Positions 12,301 through 24,283 of a DNA stretch of 64,000 bases are shown piece after piece. Numbering within the stretch: position 1 is the stretch's first letter; each line of letters begins with the position of its first letter. A model generated the notes under the pieces. It saw nothing but the letters and a program-made list of their open reading frames with translations, searched no databases and had not been told where the DNA came from. Both the position numbers and the translations under genes were made by a program. Origin of the DNA: Azolla caroliniana (lineage: Eukaryota > Plantae > Polypodiophyta); contig JBHGNT010000022.1 of assembly GCA_043228905.1 (NCBI GenBank), forward strand, positions 9,424,001-9,488,000, written 5' to 3'.

Positions 12301-15214
12301 CGAAGCAAAACCGGTGCACATCGCCAAGGAGATGAAGTCCGAAGACAAAACGGCAATGATCACACTTCTCACGGAATTTCGCGATGTGTTCGCCTGGTCA
12401 TACGAAGACATGGGAGGACTCGACCCTCGGTTATACTAGCATCAAGTTCACTTGAGCAAGGACACAAAACCAGTGGCACAAAGACGGTATCGGATGAATC
12501 CCAATTATGCCGCCAAAGTCAAGGAGGAAATCGACAAACTGCTAAGAGTTGGCTTTATCCGTCCGGTAAAGAAAGCGACATGGCTGAGCCCGATCGTAGT
12601 CGTACCCAAGAAGAACGGAAAAATTTGAGTTTGTGTGGACTACCGGAAACTCAATGCAGCTACAGTAATGGATGCGTTTCCACTTCCGTTCACAGATGGA
12701 GTGTTGGATGTCATCGCCGGCCATGAGGTCTATAGCTTCCTAGACGGATTCAGCGGGTATAATCAGATCTGGATGCACCCCGACAACCAAGAGAAAACGA
12801 CTTTTGTCACCGAATGCGGGGTGTTTGTGGCCGTGGTGATGATGTTCGGACTCAAAACGGCACCGGCAACATTTCAACAAATCATCATGGAAATCTTTGG
12901 GGAATATATTCCGGCTTTTATGCAGGTTTTCCTTGACGATTTCGCCGTCTATAGCCGGAAGGAGGACCATTTTCAGCACCTCCGTCTTTGTCTAGAAAAG
13001 TGTAGAGCGTACCGGGTAAGCTTGAATCCGGCAAAGTGTGTATTTGGCGTGTCCAGTGGAACTCTATTAGGACATATTGTGAGCCAGGAAGGTATTGCAG
13101 TCGACCCGGACAAAGTGAAAGCCATATTAGAAGCACCGGCACCGGCAACGGCAAAGGCATTAAGCCGGTTCTTAGGCCAGATCCGGTGGCACAGCCGGAT
13201 GCTCCGATACTTGGCCGACCTGGCTACACCGTTGCATGCCGCCGTACATCGGACACCATTCCAGTGGACCGACACCGCGGATAGGGCATATAGGGCCCTC
13301 AAGGTACTATTTTCACAAGCACCGGTAGTGCAGCCTCCAGATTGGAGTAAAGAATTTCACGTGTTCGTGGACGCCTCCGACATCGCAATCGGAAGCGTAC
13401 TGATGCAGCTTACAGAACCAAAGTGGTACCGGCCAGTGTACTATGCCAGCCGAAAGCTATCCCAAGCAGAACGGAACTACTCTACCATGGAACGGGAAGC
13501 TCTAGGGATGATCTATAGTGTGACAAAGTTTCGGCATTATTTATTGGGAAGGAAGTTTTCCTTCCATGTAGATCATTCAACACTCCTTTACCTGGTGTCC
13601 AAAACGTCACTCACCAGCAAATTGGCCCGGTGGACCTTACTATTACAAGAATTCGAGTTTGAAATATTCCACCGACCCGGTATACAGCATGTCGTGGCGG
13701 ATTCCTTAAGCCGATTAGAGTCCGGAGAGACGGGTGACAGAGTAGCGGATGAGTTTCCAGATGCGGAGCTGTTTTGAGTCACTATGGAAATGGCAGTAGA
13801 TGAGACGGTGGCACAGGAAGACAAGTGGCTCAAAAACATGCACGAGTTTCTAAGCACAAGACTGCCTCCGGAAGAGATGAACTGGGACGAACGGAAACGC
13901 CTGGCGGTGCAAAGCCGACATTTCTGCTTACTGCAAGACACACTTTACCACAAGGGCGCAGACGGCATATGGAGACGGGCTATGCGCAACAATGAAAAGG
14001 ACCTGATACTGAGGGAAGCTCACTGCGGAGTTGCCGGAGGTCACTATGCCGGGGATGCGACGACCAGGAAAATATGGCAAAGTGGCCTATGGTGGCCAAC
14101 GACATTAAGAGATGCGGTACGGTACGCAAAAGAATGTGACCTATGCCAGCGAATGGGCCAGCCAACGGAGCAAGCTCGGATGCCACACCAGCCGGTACTA
14201 CCACTCGAGTCATTCCAGAAGTGGGGGTTGGACTTTGTTGGACCGTTCAAACCACCGGCAATGAGAACGGGTAATCGGTACGTCATCGTCGCGACGGATT
14301 ACTGCACGAAATGGGTGGAGGCCAAAGCATTAAGAGACAACACCGTTGCGTCAACGGCGAAATTTCTATACGAGTACATCTGGTGCCGTTACGGATGCCC
14401 AATCGAATTAATAAGCAACCAAGGGGGGCACTTTCTCGGGCAAGTAGTGGAAAGCCTGACGACATTCTATGCCGTTGTCCACAAACGAAGCACACCTTAC
14501 TATCCGCAAGCGAACGGTTTAGCGAAATCAACGAACAAGACGCTCCAGAATATCCTCCGGAAGATCGTCAACGAAAACCGAACGGATTGGGATACCAAGC
14601 TACATAGCGCGCTTTGGGCATACCGGACGGCATACAAAACGAGCATCCGAACAACACCGTTCCGGTTAGCGTTCGGACTAGAGGCGGTAATGCTGGTGGA
14701 ATTCCAAGTACCCAGCTTACGGATCCAGCTACGGGAACGGCTGAATGAGAAGGAGTCGGAGGCAATACGGTTAACAGCGTTGTGTGAACTCGAGGAACAA
14801 CGACTGGCAAGCATCCTGCACTTAGAATTGGAACAATGGCGACGGAAAGCATTTGTCGACCGGCACAGGAAAGGAAACGAAAAAATGTTCGCAATCGGCA
14901 AACTGGTGTTAGTATTTCAGACCCGGATGGGCAAGATGTCGGGTAAACTACGGTTTAGATGGACCGGACCATATTGGCTACCACATGAGTATAATGGGTC
15001 CTACTAGTTAGGGACACTTGCCGGCGAAGTGCTAGGAAAATGGGTCAACGGATTCCGATTGAAGCCATATAGAGGACCGATGCCTAAGAACCCATTTGAG
15101 CAAAGGACCGACACCAGTGAGGGAAACGACAACCACCAAGACGGCGGAGATGGCGAGCCGGTAATTGGGGAGAATGAGGCCGGTAAGGGTCCGAGAGGAC
15201 CAACGGACAAGTAA
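9395..15214 (+). pseudogene. gag-PR-RT-RH-INT of element B, with scattered stops
   Basis: ORFs 9629.., 10328.., 11459.. (IIDGGSG), 12635.. (RT FLDD; RH) and 13784.. (integrase HHCC, WGLDFVGP, ATDYCTKWVEA, YPQANG). Confidence 0.92.
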
Positions 15215-18111
15215 CGTCACACACTCGGAAAAAAAAAAAAACGAAGTAATCATGCAAAAGCGAGGAATGAATGGATGAAAGAGCAAGGAGCGAAAAGGTA
15301 CGTAGTGGGCATTTAAAGCGCCACGACAGGACATAATGCTATTTTAGTACACGACATGCACACACTCGAAAAAGGCGCCAGAATGCACAGAGAAAAACCA
15401 TTGCACGTGGAGACCCTTTACTTTCGCGAACCCAGGAGCACAGAAGCACCAAGGCGCTGCAAGATCATCAGACGAGAACCTACGCACAGAGAACCCCCGC
15501 CTTCTGAACTCTCTCTCTCTCATCTCACTCTCATCACCATCCAACCTCGGCACCGCAATCCGACCTCGACACAGACATGGACCCGTAAACGCTGTCGGAA
15601 GCCGCCAAGACATGGCTAAAGCAACACGGGCTTGAGGGCTTCTTGATGATGATGGAAGTACCGCCACACAAAGAAGCCGACAAGGTGATCAAAGAAATCG
15701 ACACAGAGGTCATAACGGCAGAGGCGATTCGAGCGTTAACAGGCCTTCCGGAGGGAGGCATACTCACGATTGACAATCCAACCCCGGAGCAACTCATCAG
15801 GTATTTTGGTGAGTACTCCCTAGCCAGCAAGGGCTACCGGACACAGGGCGGCAGAGATATGTTGTTTCGCGAGATTGCTCGTGTGCTCCACGAATATGGC
15901 CATGTGTACCCTAGACCCCCTGTCATGCCGCAGAACCGGGCAGGGATGATCATCGCCACCTATGAAGGGATCAAGGTGGATTGGCCGGTATTGATCGCAG
16001 ACGGGTTGTGTGCGGCGATCGAGATCGTCAGAGGCAAAGACGGCAAAGAAGGCCGAGACGGACGGAGGATATGGCACGCCGTAACGCAGTGGCTCACCTT
16101 GCTTGTGCCACCCGTCCAGCCCGTCCAGCCCAAGAAGCGAGGAAGAGTGGTTGACGGCACCCCAAAGACGGCGTCCAAAAGACAACAGTTGTTGGCCTCT
16201 AAGGCCACTAAGGGAAAGGTGGCGGACGCAGAACAGGCGGGAAAGGAGAGCGGCAACCGGAAGCGTCCAACGGATGCGCAGGAGGAACCACCGGCACGGC
16301 CCGTAAAGGTTACACTCCGCCGACCGGTGAATAGAGAAGCGGACCCCTTGGCGGCAAAACTCAATGCCGGGACTTAGGAAGAGGAAATAGAGGAGGAGCC
16401 TACGGAGCACCTCCAGCGACGGTCGTCAACAAGGACCGTTGAGGCAGCCGGGAAACGTTTGGACCCTCAGACGGAGGGAACACCAGCTCCCCATACTAAG
16501 ACTCCCACGCCAAGGAAGGAACCGGAACCGGTGCGCATGGCACCAGAATCAGAAGCCCCGACACCACCGGCAACACCGGCAAGTCCCATCCCGCCAGAGC
16601 CGGAAAGGTCAATGCAGCTTCCCTCGGCCAACCAAGAAGAAGCGCAAGGGGAACCAGGATAGCAGGGTGGTCCACAGGCAGAAACGGAATTGCAACTCGG
16701 CGCAACCAGGCGGGACCACCCATCTACAAGTGAGCCCATCTGTCAAACCTCCGTGCAAGCACAACAATGCACCGGTAGCCTGTGGCTCTGGTGGATAGGC
16801 GAACAGATAGCCGGAGCTGAGGTGGAAGAAAGAGCGCAAAGCGAACGGTTGCTCGTCACAACCAATCAATTAGAGACGGCCCAGTCCAGAATCTGGTGCC
16901 TTGAAAAAGACTTGGATAAGGTCACGACAGAGATGGCCAAAATGGCCTTAACGGCAACACAGATTCAATCACCGGTGACTCCGGTAAGTATACAGAATAA
17001 AGAAACGGATCGACCTGTACATACCAATAAGACCCCGGCAACGGAAACCGTTCTGGCGAGAGATGCGGCGCAAGCCCAGGAGCTTGCGGAATTGAGAGAT
17101 GAACTTGCCGCACAGGAAGCGCTAAGGAGCCGTGAACGGGAATTGAAGACAGCGGCCAAAGCCGAATTAAAGAAGACTGCTGAGAACCTCCGCCGGGCAG
17201 AGGAGAGCCTCCGGAAAGGCCATCAAGCGTACGACCGGCTAAGGGAGGAAAAAGACAAAGTACTATAGGAAAAGGACAAGCTGCGGAAGACGGCGGAAAC
17301 GGAAATTGAACGGCTAAAGGAAGAGCTCCACCAGCAGAAGGACCGCGAGGACCGGGCCCGTCAACAGATCAACACACGGCTCAAGCAAAAGACAGATGAT
17401 TTTGAGCACTTGCACCGGGACTACAAATGGCTAGAAACAGAGCATAAGGAACGGATGGCCGAGCTCCAGCAGGAAGTTGATCGGGCCGCGATGGCGATCG
17501 CCGACGAACGTGCAGAAAATACAAGACGCTTGGACGAGGCGGAGAAGGTCCGGATGGAGCTCCAGAGGCAACAACAGGAAGAAAAGGAGAGAGCGTCAAC
17601 GATATTGCAGAAATTACAAAGCACGTATCAAAGGCAATTGACGCATTACAAGGAGCAGGCGGAAGACAACGTCAAAATCATCAAGCAATTGAAGGAGGAA
17701 CGGCAAGCAGCGGAAACCAAATCGCAATTGGGAACGGGCCGGATTCAGTCCATCCTTCGGGCATGGCTGAATCAGAAAAAACACTTGATTGACGAAAGCT
17801 CCGTAAGATGGTGGACAAAGTGGGCACAAAACGCGGCGGAACTCCAATTGCTACGGGCAGACGTGGCAAACCGGCGAAAGGAAGGAGATGATTGTTATAC
17901 GTTGACTTCCGAGGACTTCACCGCCATACGGGATGAGCTGGCCGACGACTTCCAAGTCCTGGTGGATGAACAACCGGCGCAAGTCAGGCAACTCGTAGCA
18001 GAGCTAGACGATGATAGGCTGGACGCTCAAATCCAGTTAGAAAGCTACGAGCGGTCCCGGGTTCGGGAAGAAAAAGCACGGGAAGCGGCAACGGTTAACC
18101 TTAGTGATGAG

Positions 18112-21100
18112 TGTTAAACACAGTGCTCGGCCACAACCGAGGAATAGGATCAACTCACAGAAAACAGGAAATACAAAGTGCACGAGGAAAATAGAGAGAA
18201 GAGTACACAGGATGTTTTACGTGGAAAACCCTAAATGGGAAAAAAACCACGGGAGTCCTCAAACTCCAACTATCACTATAAACAGAGATGTACAATGGTG
18301 AAGCTACAAGGCAACAACCTTGAGCTCACTATCTTCGCCACAGGCGGCGGTAATACACAGAGGCAACGACCTCTTCGTCTCTCTCTCTCTCACTTTCTCT
18401 CTCGGCTGCTCTCACTTCGCTCCCTCTAAGTGAAAACAGAAAAATGAGCAACAACTACTAAACTGTTTGCCCTAAGTCATATTTATACACATATGACTTT
18501 CGGGCTATTTACAAATATAGCCTCAAGGGCCCTTGGCAAACATATTCACAGATATGTCCCCGCATCCGGATCTCTCTCCGGGTACATTCGTCATCCGGCT
18601 CCGTAGCCAGGGTCTTCATCATCCGGCTCCGTAGCCGGGGTCTTCATCATCCGGATCCGTAGCCGGGTACTCTTCATCCGGCTTCATGCCGGGTACTCTT
18701 CATCCTCTGGTTCCGTAACCGCAACCGGGCTTGCCGTCATTCATCTCCGGACATCCCATCCGGAGGGACCGAAATCCCAACAAACTCCCCCTTCACTTCG
18801 GCATGGGATGTCTCTCCAATCCGATCCTCTTCCGGCATGCTTCCAGCTTGTCGGGTGTGAGCACCTTGGTCAGCATATCCGACCCGTTCTCGTCCGTGTG
18901 GATCTTCGTCAGTACGAACTCCTTGTCTTCTATCCTTTCCCGGATCCAGTGGTATCTACGCTGGATGTGTTTCGTCCGGGAATGGTAGGCCGCGTTCTTC
19001 GCAAGGTGGATGGCACTCTGACTATCGCAGTAGAGCCGGTACTCCTCCTGCCGGATACCGAGCTCTCTAATGAAGTCCTTCATCCATATTATTTCCTTGC
19101 CGGCTTCAACAGCCGCCATGTACTCCGCCTCCGTGGTTGACAACGCAACCGTCTTCTGCAACCTCGACTGCCACGAAACGGCTCCCCCTGCATATGTCAT
19201 TACATACCCTGATGTAGACCGGCTGGTATCCGCATCAGCCGACATGTCCGAATCAGTAAATCCATCGAGTTCGGGCTTACCGGAGCCGAATCGGAGGCAC
19301 ATGTTCGAAGTGCCCTTTAAGTATCGGAGTATCCATTTGACCGCGTTCCAGTGCTCCTTGCCGGGATTACTCATATACCGGCTCACTACTCCGACTGCGT
19401 ATCCAATGTCCGGTCGGGTACACACCATCGCGTACATCAAGCTCCCGACGGCAGAGGCATATGGTATCTTCATCATATCCTCCTTTTCAACTTTTGTCTT
19501 GGGACTTTGCTTGCCGGATAACTTGCAGTTTGCCGGGAGGGTCGACCCGACCGGTCTTGCTTCCGACATGTTGAACCGGTGAAGCACCTTTGTCACGTAC
19601 TTCTCCTGTGACAGCCACAACTGCTTCTTCTTCCGGTCCCGGATGATGTGCATCCCTAGTATTTGCCTCGCCGGACCCAGGTCCTTCATTGAGAAAGTTC
19701 GGTGAAGCGCTTTCTTCAGCATCCGTATCTTGACCTGGTCCCGTCCAACGATCAACATGTCATCCACGTACAGGAGGAGTATTAGAAAGTCTCCTTCTTC
19801 GAACTTCTTCACAAACACGCAGTGATCGGACTGCGTTTTGTGGTACCCTTCTTCGGTCATGAAAGAGTCGAACTTCCGGTACCACTGCCGGGGAGCCTGC
19901 TTCAGTCCGTAAAGGCTCTTCTTCAACCGGCATACCAGGTGCTCCTTCCCTTTCTTCTCGAATCCTTCCGGTTGCTGCATGTAGATCTCTTCTTCGAGGT
20001 CACCGTGAAGGAATGCCATCTTCACGTCCATCTGTTCTACCTCGAGGTCCATGCTTGCCGCTATGCTCAGCACCGTCCGGATGGAGGTCATCTTCACTAC
20101 CGGGGCAAATATCTCGTCGAAGTCGACGCCCTTCTTCTGCTGGAACCCCTTCACCACGATCCTGGCTTTGTATCTCGGGGGGTTTCCGGCATCTCCCGGT
20201 TTCAGCTTGAACACCCACTTGTTTCGAAGTGCCCGCTTTCGTTTCGGCAACTCCACAAGTTCATATGTGTGGTTCTCATGCAGGGAATCCATCTCCTCCT
20301 GCATGGCACTTAACCACCTGCGGCTATGTGTGTCAAGCTTTGCTTCTTCAAAACTCTCCGGCTCCCCCTCGTCGGTTAGCAGCACGTGCTCTGGTTCCGG
20401 AAATCTCCGGGGGGCCCTTCTCTCTCTTAGAGGATATCTCCGTTCCGGAGCTTCGGTAACCGGCTCCTCCGTTTCCTCTTCATCCGAATCCATTTCAGGA
20501 TCGGGGCAGGTTCCGGTATCAGTTTCATCTTCCTCGGCCGGTTCTGTTTCTTCACCGTCTTCGGCCGGATCCTCGAGTGCTAATCGGTCCCTTGCCGGTC
20601 GGGACTGCTCCTCGTAGAGTTGATCCTCACCGGTCGACTTGGAGCTCTTCATCTTCTTCTCCGACTCCCAGTCGGCGAGTGTCTTGTCCTCCATGAAGAT
20701 GATATCACGACTTCGGAATATCCTTTTGTCGACCGGGTCCCATACTCGGTAGCCGAACTCGTCATCGCCGTAACCGAGGAATATGCATGGCCGGGTCTTT
20801 GGATCTAGCTTTCCTCTCCGGTCCTTTGCTACATGCACATATGCGAGACACTCGAACACCTTCAGATGCCGGTAGGATACCTCCCTACCGGTCCACACTC
20901 TCTGCGGCGTGTCTCCGTCCAAAGGTACTGAGGGTGATCTGTTTATCACATATGTCGCAGTCGACATTGCCTCAGCCCAAAACCCCTTGGGTAATTTCGC
21001 ATGTGCCAGCATACTCCGGACCCTCTCCATTATGGTCCGGTTCATCCTCTCGGCCAGCCCGTTCAGTTCCGGCGTCTTCGGCACAGTAAACTCGAGTCGG

Positions 21101-23540
21101 ATTCCCTTCGAGTGACAGTACTCCTCGAACTGCCCCCGGTATTCCCCTCCGTTATCCGCTCGTATCGCTTTCAGCTTCTTGCCGGATTCTCTTTCCACTC
21201 TCGGGTGGAGTTCTTTGAAGACGGACAATACTTGGTCCTTTGTCTTCAACGGTGCCGTCCACAGCTTCCGGCTATGGTCATCTATGAATGTTACGAAGTA
21301 CTGGGCTCCGCCATGTGACTTCGTTTCTACCTGACACACATCAGTGTGTACCAACTCCAATGGTACACTACGTCTCATCAGTGGTCTTGAGCGGAAGGAG
21401 GTCCGGTTTTGCTTACCGGCCAGACAGTCGGTACACTTCCCCAGTTGTACGTGCTTTACCGGTATCAGGTTGTCTTCGGCAAGCCTCTTCATCCCCTTCT
21501 CGCTCATGTGGCACAGTCTCTTGTGCCACAGCTCACCGGTAGTGTCAGCTGCCACGTTCAGCTCCTCCGGACATAGCCGGGAATTCATCAGGTACAGTGT
21601 GTTGACCTTCCGGGCCCGAGCCACTATCAGGCTCCCTTTGCTGAACTTCATGACACCGTTCCGGATGCTACCCGTGTAGCCTTCATCGTCTAGCCTGCCG
21701 GCCGAAATCAGGTTCAATCGAACCTCCGGAACGTGTCGAACATCCTTCAGCAGCATCTTGCATCCGGTTGATGTCATCAGCCACACGTCTCCTATGCCGG
21801 CAATCCGGCATGTACCTTCATTTCCCATCCGGACACAGCCGTGCTCACCGGCTGTGTAGGATGAGAAGTATTTCTTCTCCGGGGTCAGGTGGAACGACGC
21901 TCCGGAATCGACCACCCAGGTCATCTCTTCACCGGCAAGGTTCAGCTCCCTCTCTTCGGTAATGAGCATTATCTCTTCTTCACTTGCCGCGAGTGCCGTT
22001 GTTCCTTTCCGGTCCTGCCCTCGCCGATCCGGACCTCTCCGGTCCGCGGCTCCCCGGTATGCACCGTTTCGCTCCGGTGACTTCTTCGAATCGGTACCGT
22101 CGGTTCCGTTGTCTTTCCGGAAATGCCGACAGTTCTTCTGGAAGTGCCCCGGCTTCCCACAGTAGAAGCATGTAGGTCTTCCCCTCGACTGCGACCGTGT
22201 CCCCGACTTCTCCCGTCTTTGCGGACTCCGGTTCCGTTGTCTTCCCCGTTCCGATTTGGTAAGCAGCGCCTTCGAGTCGGAGGCCGGTTCTTTATCTCTC
22301 CGACGCGCTTCTTCATTTAGAATACTTGTCTTTACCGTTAGTAAAGACAAGTTCTCTTCCTTACAGGAGGTGCTAAGTGTAACTACCAAGTTCTCCCAGC
22401 TCTCCGGAAGGGTACACATCAGCATGATGGCTTGCATTGCGTCATCCAACGGGAACTTGATCGCCGCAAGCTGGTTCACGAATCCCATGAACGTGCTGAC
22501 GTGTTCGACCATGCTCTCGCCGTCCCGGTACTTAAGATTCACTATCTTCCTCATCAGGGAGGTCCGGGTCAGAGCATTCTTCCTCTCATACAGTCCGGAC
22601 AGCTTCTGCCACATCTCATAGGCGTTCGTATCGTTCGCCACATGTTGCAGGACACTTACATCGACATATTGCCGGATCGTCGCTACGGCTTTCCGGTTCA
22701 GGAGCTTCCACTCCGACTCTATTACTCCCTTGGGTATCTCGGCATTGTCGATCGGTTCGTACAGGTCTCGGACGATGAGAAGGTCTTCCATCTTTATCTT
22801 CCAGTCGGCGTAGTTCTGTGAGTTCAACACCATCATGCCCGGAGGCCCACTACCGCCGCCTTCCATTTTCTGTGTTACAGTCGCTCTGATACCACTTTGT
22901 TAAACACAGTGCTCGGCCACAACCGAGGAATAGGATCAACTCACAGAAAACAGGAAATACAAAGTGCACGAGGACAATAGAGAGAAGAGTACAGAAGATG
23001 TTTTACGTGGAAAACCCTAAATGGGAAAAAAACCACGGGAGTCCTCAAACTCCAACTATCACTATAAACAGAGATGTACAATGGTAAAGCTACAAGGCAA
23101 CAACCTTGAGCTCACTGTCTTCGCCACAGGCGGCGGTAATACACAGAGGCAACGACCTCTTCGTCTCTCTCTCTCTCACTTTCTCTCTCGGCTGCTCTCA
23201 CTTCGCTCCCTCTAAGTGAAAACAGAAAAATGAGCAACAACTACTAAACTGTTTCCCCTAAGTCATATTTATACACATATGACTTTCGGGCTATTTACAA
23301 ATATAGCCTCAAGGGCCCTTGGCAAACATATTCACAGATATGTCCCCGCATCCGGATCTCTCTCCGGGTACATTCGTCATCCGGCTCCGTAGCCGGGGTC
23401 TTCATCATCCGGATCCGTAGCCGGGTACTCTTCATCTGGCTGCATGCCGGGTACTCTTCATCCTCCGGTTCCGTAACCGCAACCGGGCTTGCCATCATTC
23501 ATCTCCGGACATCCCATCCGGAGGGACCGAAATCCCAACA
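18112..23540 (-). mobile_element. Copia element 'D', full length, Tnt1/Tork-like
   Basis: LTRs 18112-18782 and 22898-23540; TSD ATGAG; PBS TGGTATCAGAGCGA (tRNA-iMet); PPT AAGGGGGAG. Confidence 0.97.
18793..22866 (-). CDS. Copia gag-pol polyprotein (1357 aa, uninterrupted)
   Basis: CCHC knuckle, WVVDSGAS protease, GAG-pre-integrase WHKRLCH, integrase HTDVC/FIDD/NGLAER, RT LLYVDD, RNase H TDSD/EAEY. Confidence 0.95.
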   Translation of the reverse strand: MEGGGSGPPGMMVLNSQNYADWKIKMEDLLIVRDLYEPIDNAEIPKGVIESEWKLLNRKAVATIRQYVDVSVLQHVANDTNAYEMWQKLSGLYERKNALTRTSLMRKIVNLKYRDGESMVEHVSTFMGFVNQLAAIKFPLDDAMQAIMLMCTLPESWENLVVTLSTSCKEENLSLLTVKTSILNEEARRRDKEPASDSKALLTKSERGRQRNRSPQRREKSGTRSQSRGRPTCFYCGKPGHFQKNCRHFRKDNGTDGTDSKKSPERNGAYRGAADRRGPDRRGQDRKGTTALAASEEEIMLITEERELNLAGEEMTWVVDSGASFHLTPEKKYFSSYTAGEHGCVRMGNEGTCRIAGIGDVWLMTSTGCKMLLKDVRHVPEVRLNLISAGRLDDEGYTGSIRNGVMKFSKGSLIVARARKVNTLYLMNSRLCPEELNVAADTTGELWHKRLCHMSEKGMKRLAEDNLIPVKHVQLGKCTDCLAGKQNRTSFRSRPLMRRSVPLELVHTDVCQVETKSHGGAQYFVTFIDDHSRKLWTAPLKTKDQVLSVFKELHPRVERESGKKLKAIRADNGGEYRGQFEEYCHSKGIRLEFTVPKTPELNGLAERMNRTIMERVRSMLAHAKLPKGFWAEAMSTATYVINRSPSVPLDGDTPQRVWTGREVSYRHLKVFECLAYVHVAKDRRGKLDPKTRPCIFLGYGDDEFGYRVWDPVDKRIFRSRDIIFMEDKTLADWESEKKMKSSKSTGEDQLYEEQSRPARDRLALEDPAEDGEETEPAEEDETDTGTCPDPEMDSDEEETEEPVTEAPERRYPLRERRAPRRFPEPEHVLLTDEGEPESFEEAKLDTHSRRWLSAMQEEMDSLHENHTYELVELPKRKRALRNKWVFKLKPGDAGNPPRYKARIVVKGFQQKKGVDFDEIFAPVVKMTSIRTVLSIAASMDLEVEQMDVKMAFLHGDLEEEIYMQQPEGFEKKGKEHLVCRLKKSLYGLKQAPRQWYRKFDSFMTEEGYHKTQSDHCVFVKKFEEGDFLILLLYVDDMLIVGRDQVKIRMLKKALHRTFSMKDLGPARQILGMHIIRDRKKKQLWLSQEKYVTKVLHRFNMSEARPVGSTLPANCKLSGKQSPKTKVEKEDMMKIPYASAVGSLMYAMVCTRPDIGYAVGVVSRYMSNPGKEHWNAVKWILRYLKGTSNMCLRFGSGKPELDGFTDSDMSADADTSRSTSGYVMTYAGGAVSWQSRLQKTVALSTTEAEYMAAVEAGKEIIWMKDFIRELGIRQEEYRLYCDSQSAIHLAKNAAYHSRTKHIQRRYHWIRERIEDKEFVLTKIHTDENGSDMLTKVLTPDKLEACRKRIGLERHPMPK

Positions 23541-24283
23541 ATGAGGACCCGTCGCCGGCCGAGGGCCAGCCCGGAACCAGTGAACCGGAGACCACTACGA
23601 CGGAGGGAGCAACGACAGAGACGCCGGTGTCAGAGCAACAAACGGAGGAGAAGCCGCAGCAGCCACCAACGGACCCGACGCAGCAGACATCAACAGAGCA
23701 GCAACAACAACAACAACCAATTCCAGATGAACCATTGGAGACTCTCGAACAAAGCATTCTGGATATTTTGGACGAAGAATAGCAAGGGTTGATTGTGGAT
23801 TCGACGTACAAGATACTGTCCCACGGGCGTGCCATGTGTTACCGGCGAGCAAAGGAGTCCAGAGTGGGAAACGGGTAGCTATTTAAGTAGTAGGAATGTG
23901 GTTGTAATTAAGCTATGAGTGTGGACGGACGGACGGACCGGAATCGGTATGCCATTCCGGATCCGGACCGATCCCGAACAGGTGCATGCGGACGGCACCG
24001 TTTTGTAATACAGACCGGAAACCTATTTAAAGGCTCAGATACAATGTAATGAATAGCGGTTAATTAATAAAGCTTAGTGTTGTTATCTCTCTGTGTTAAT
24101 TGCCGTTCTACCTTAATTGTTATATCTTACGCGTGTGATTATGAAAGACGATCATGCTAAGTAACTTAATTAAGTCGGATTAATCGTTGAGTCTAATCCT
24201 GTTGCCGTAACACCCTTTGGTGAAGTGTCTTCCGTAGACACCCTATGTTAGGCCATTGTCCGGCCCTAAGAGTTAACAGCTCC

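Larger units (their letters stand above)
15577..23782 (+). pseudogene. Extra 3' ORF of element B (~920 codons, coiled-coil rich), interrupted by Copia D; pieces 15577-18111 + 23546-23782
   Basis: ORFs 15643, 16459, 16690 and 17410 are in one frame separated only by single stop codons. The frame continues after D when one ATGAG is removed (SDE|DPSPAEGQ). Confidence 0.8.
8911..24278 (+). mobile_element. Gypsy element 'B' (Athila/Tat-like, related to A) with 3' extra ORF; host of D
   Basis: LTRs 8911-9344 and 23837-24278; TSD GCTCC; PBS TGGCGACCAC at ~9352. Splits the gag of C (YKAEML|RCRISEG). Confidence 0.95.

Noticed and set aside
15577-18111. Retroviral envelope gene
   Set aside because: Position is env-like, but no signal peptide or transmembrane segment is visible.
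18808-22821. Many plus-strand ORFs opposite the Copia polyprotein (likewise opposite A, B and C)
   Set aside because: Shadow ORFs of GC-rich coding sequence with no recognisable motifs.
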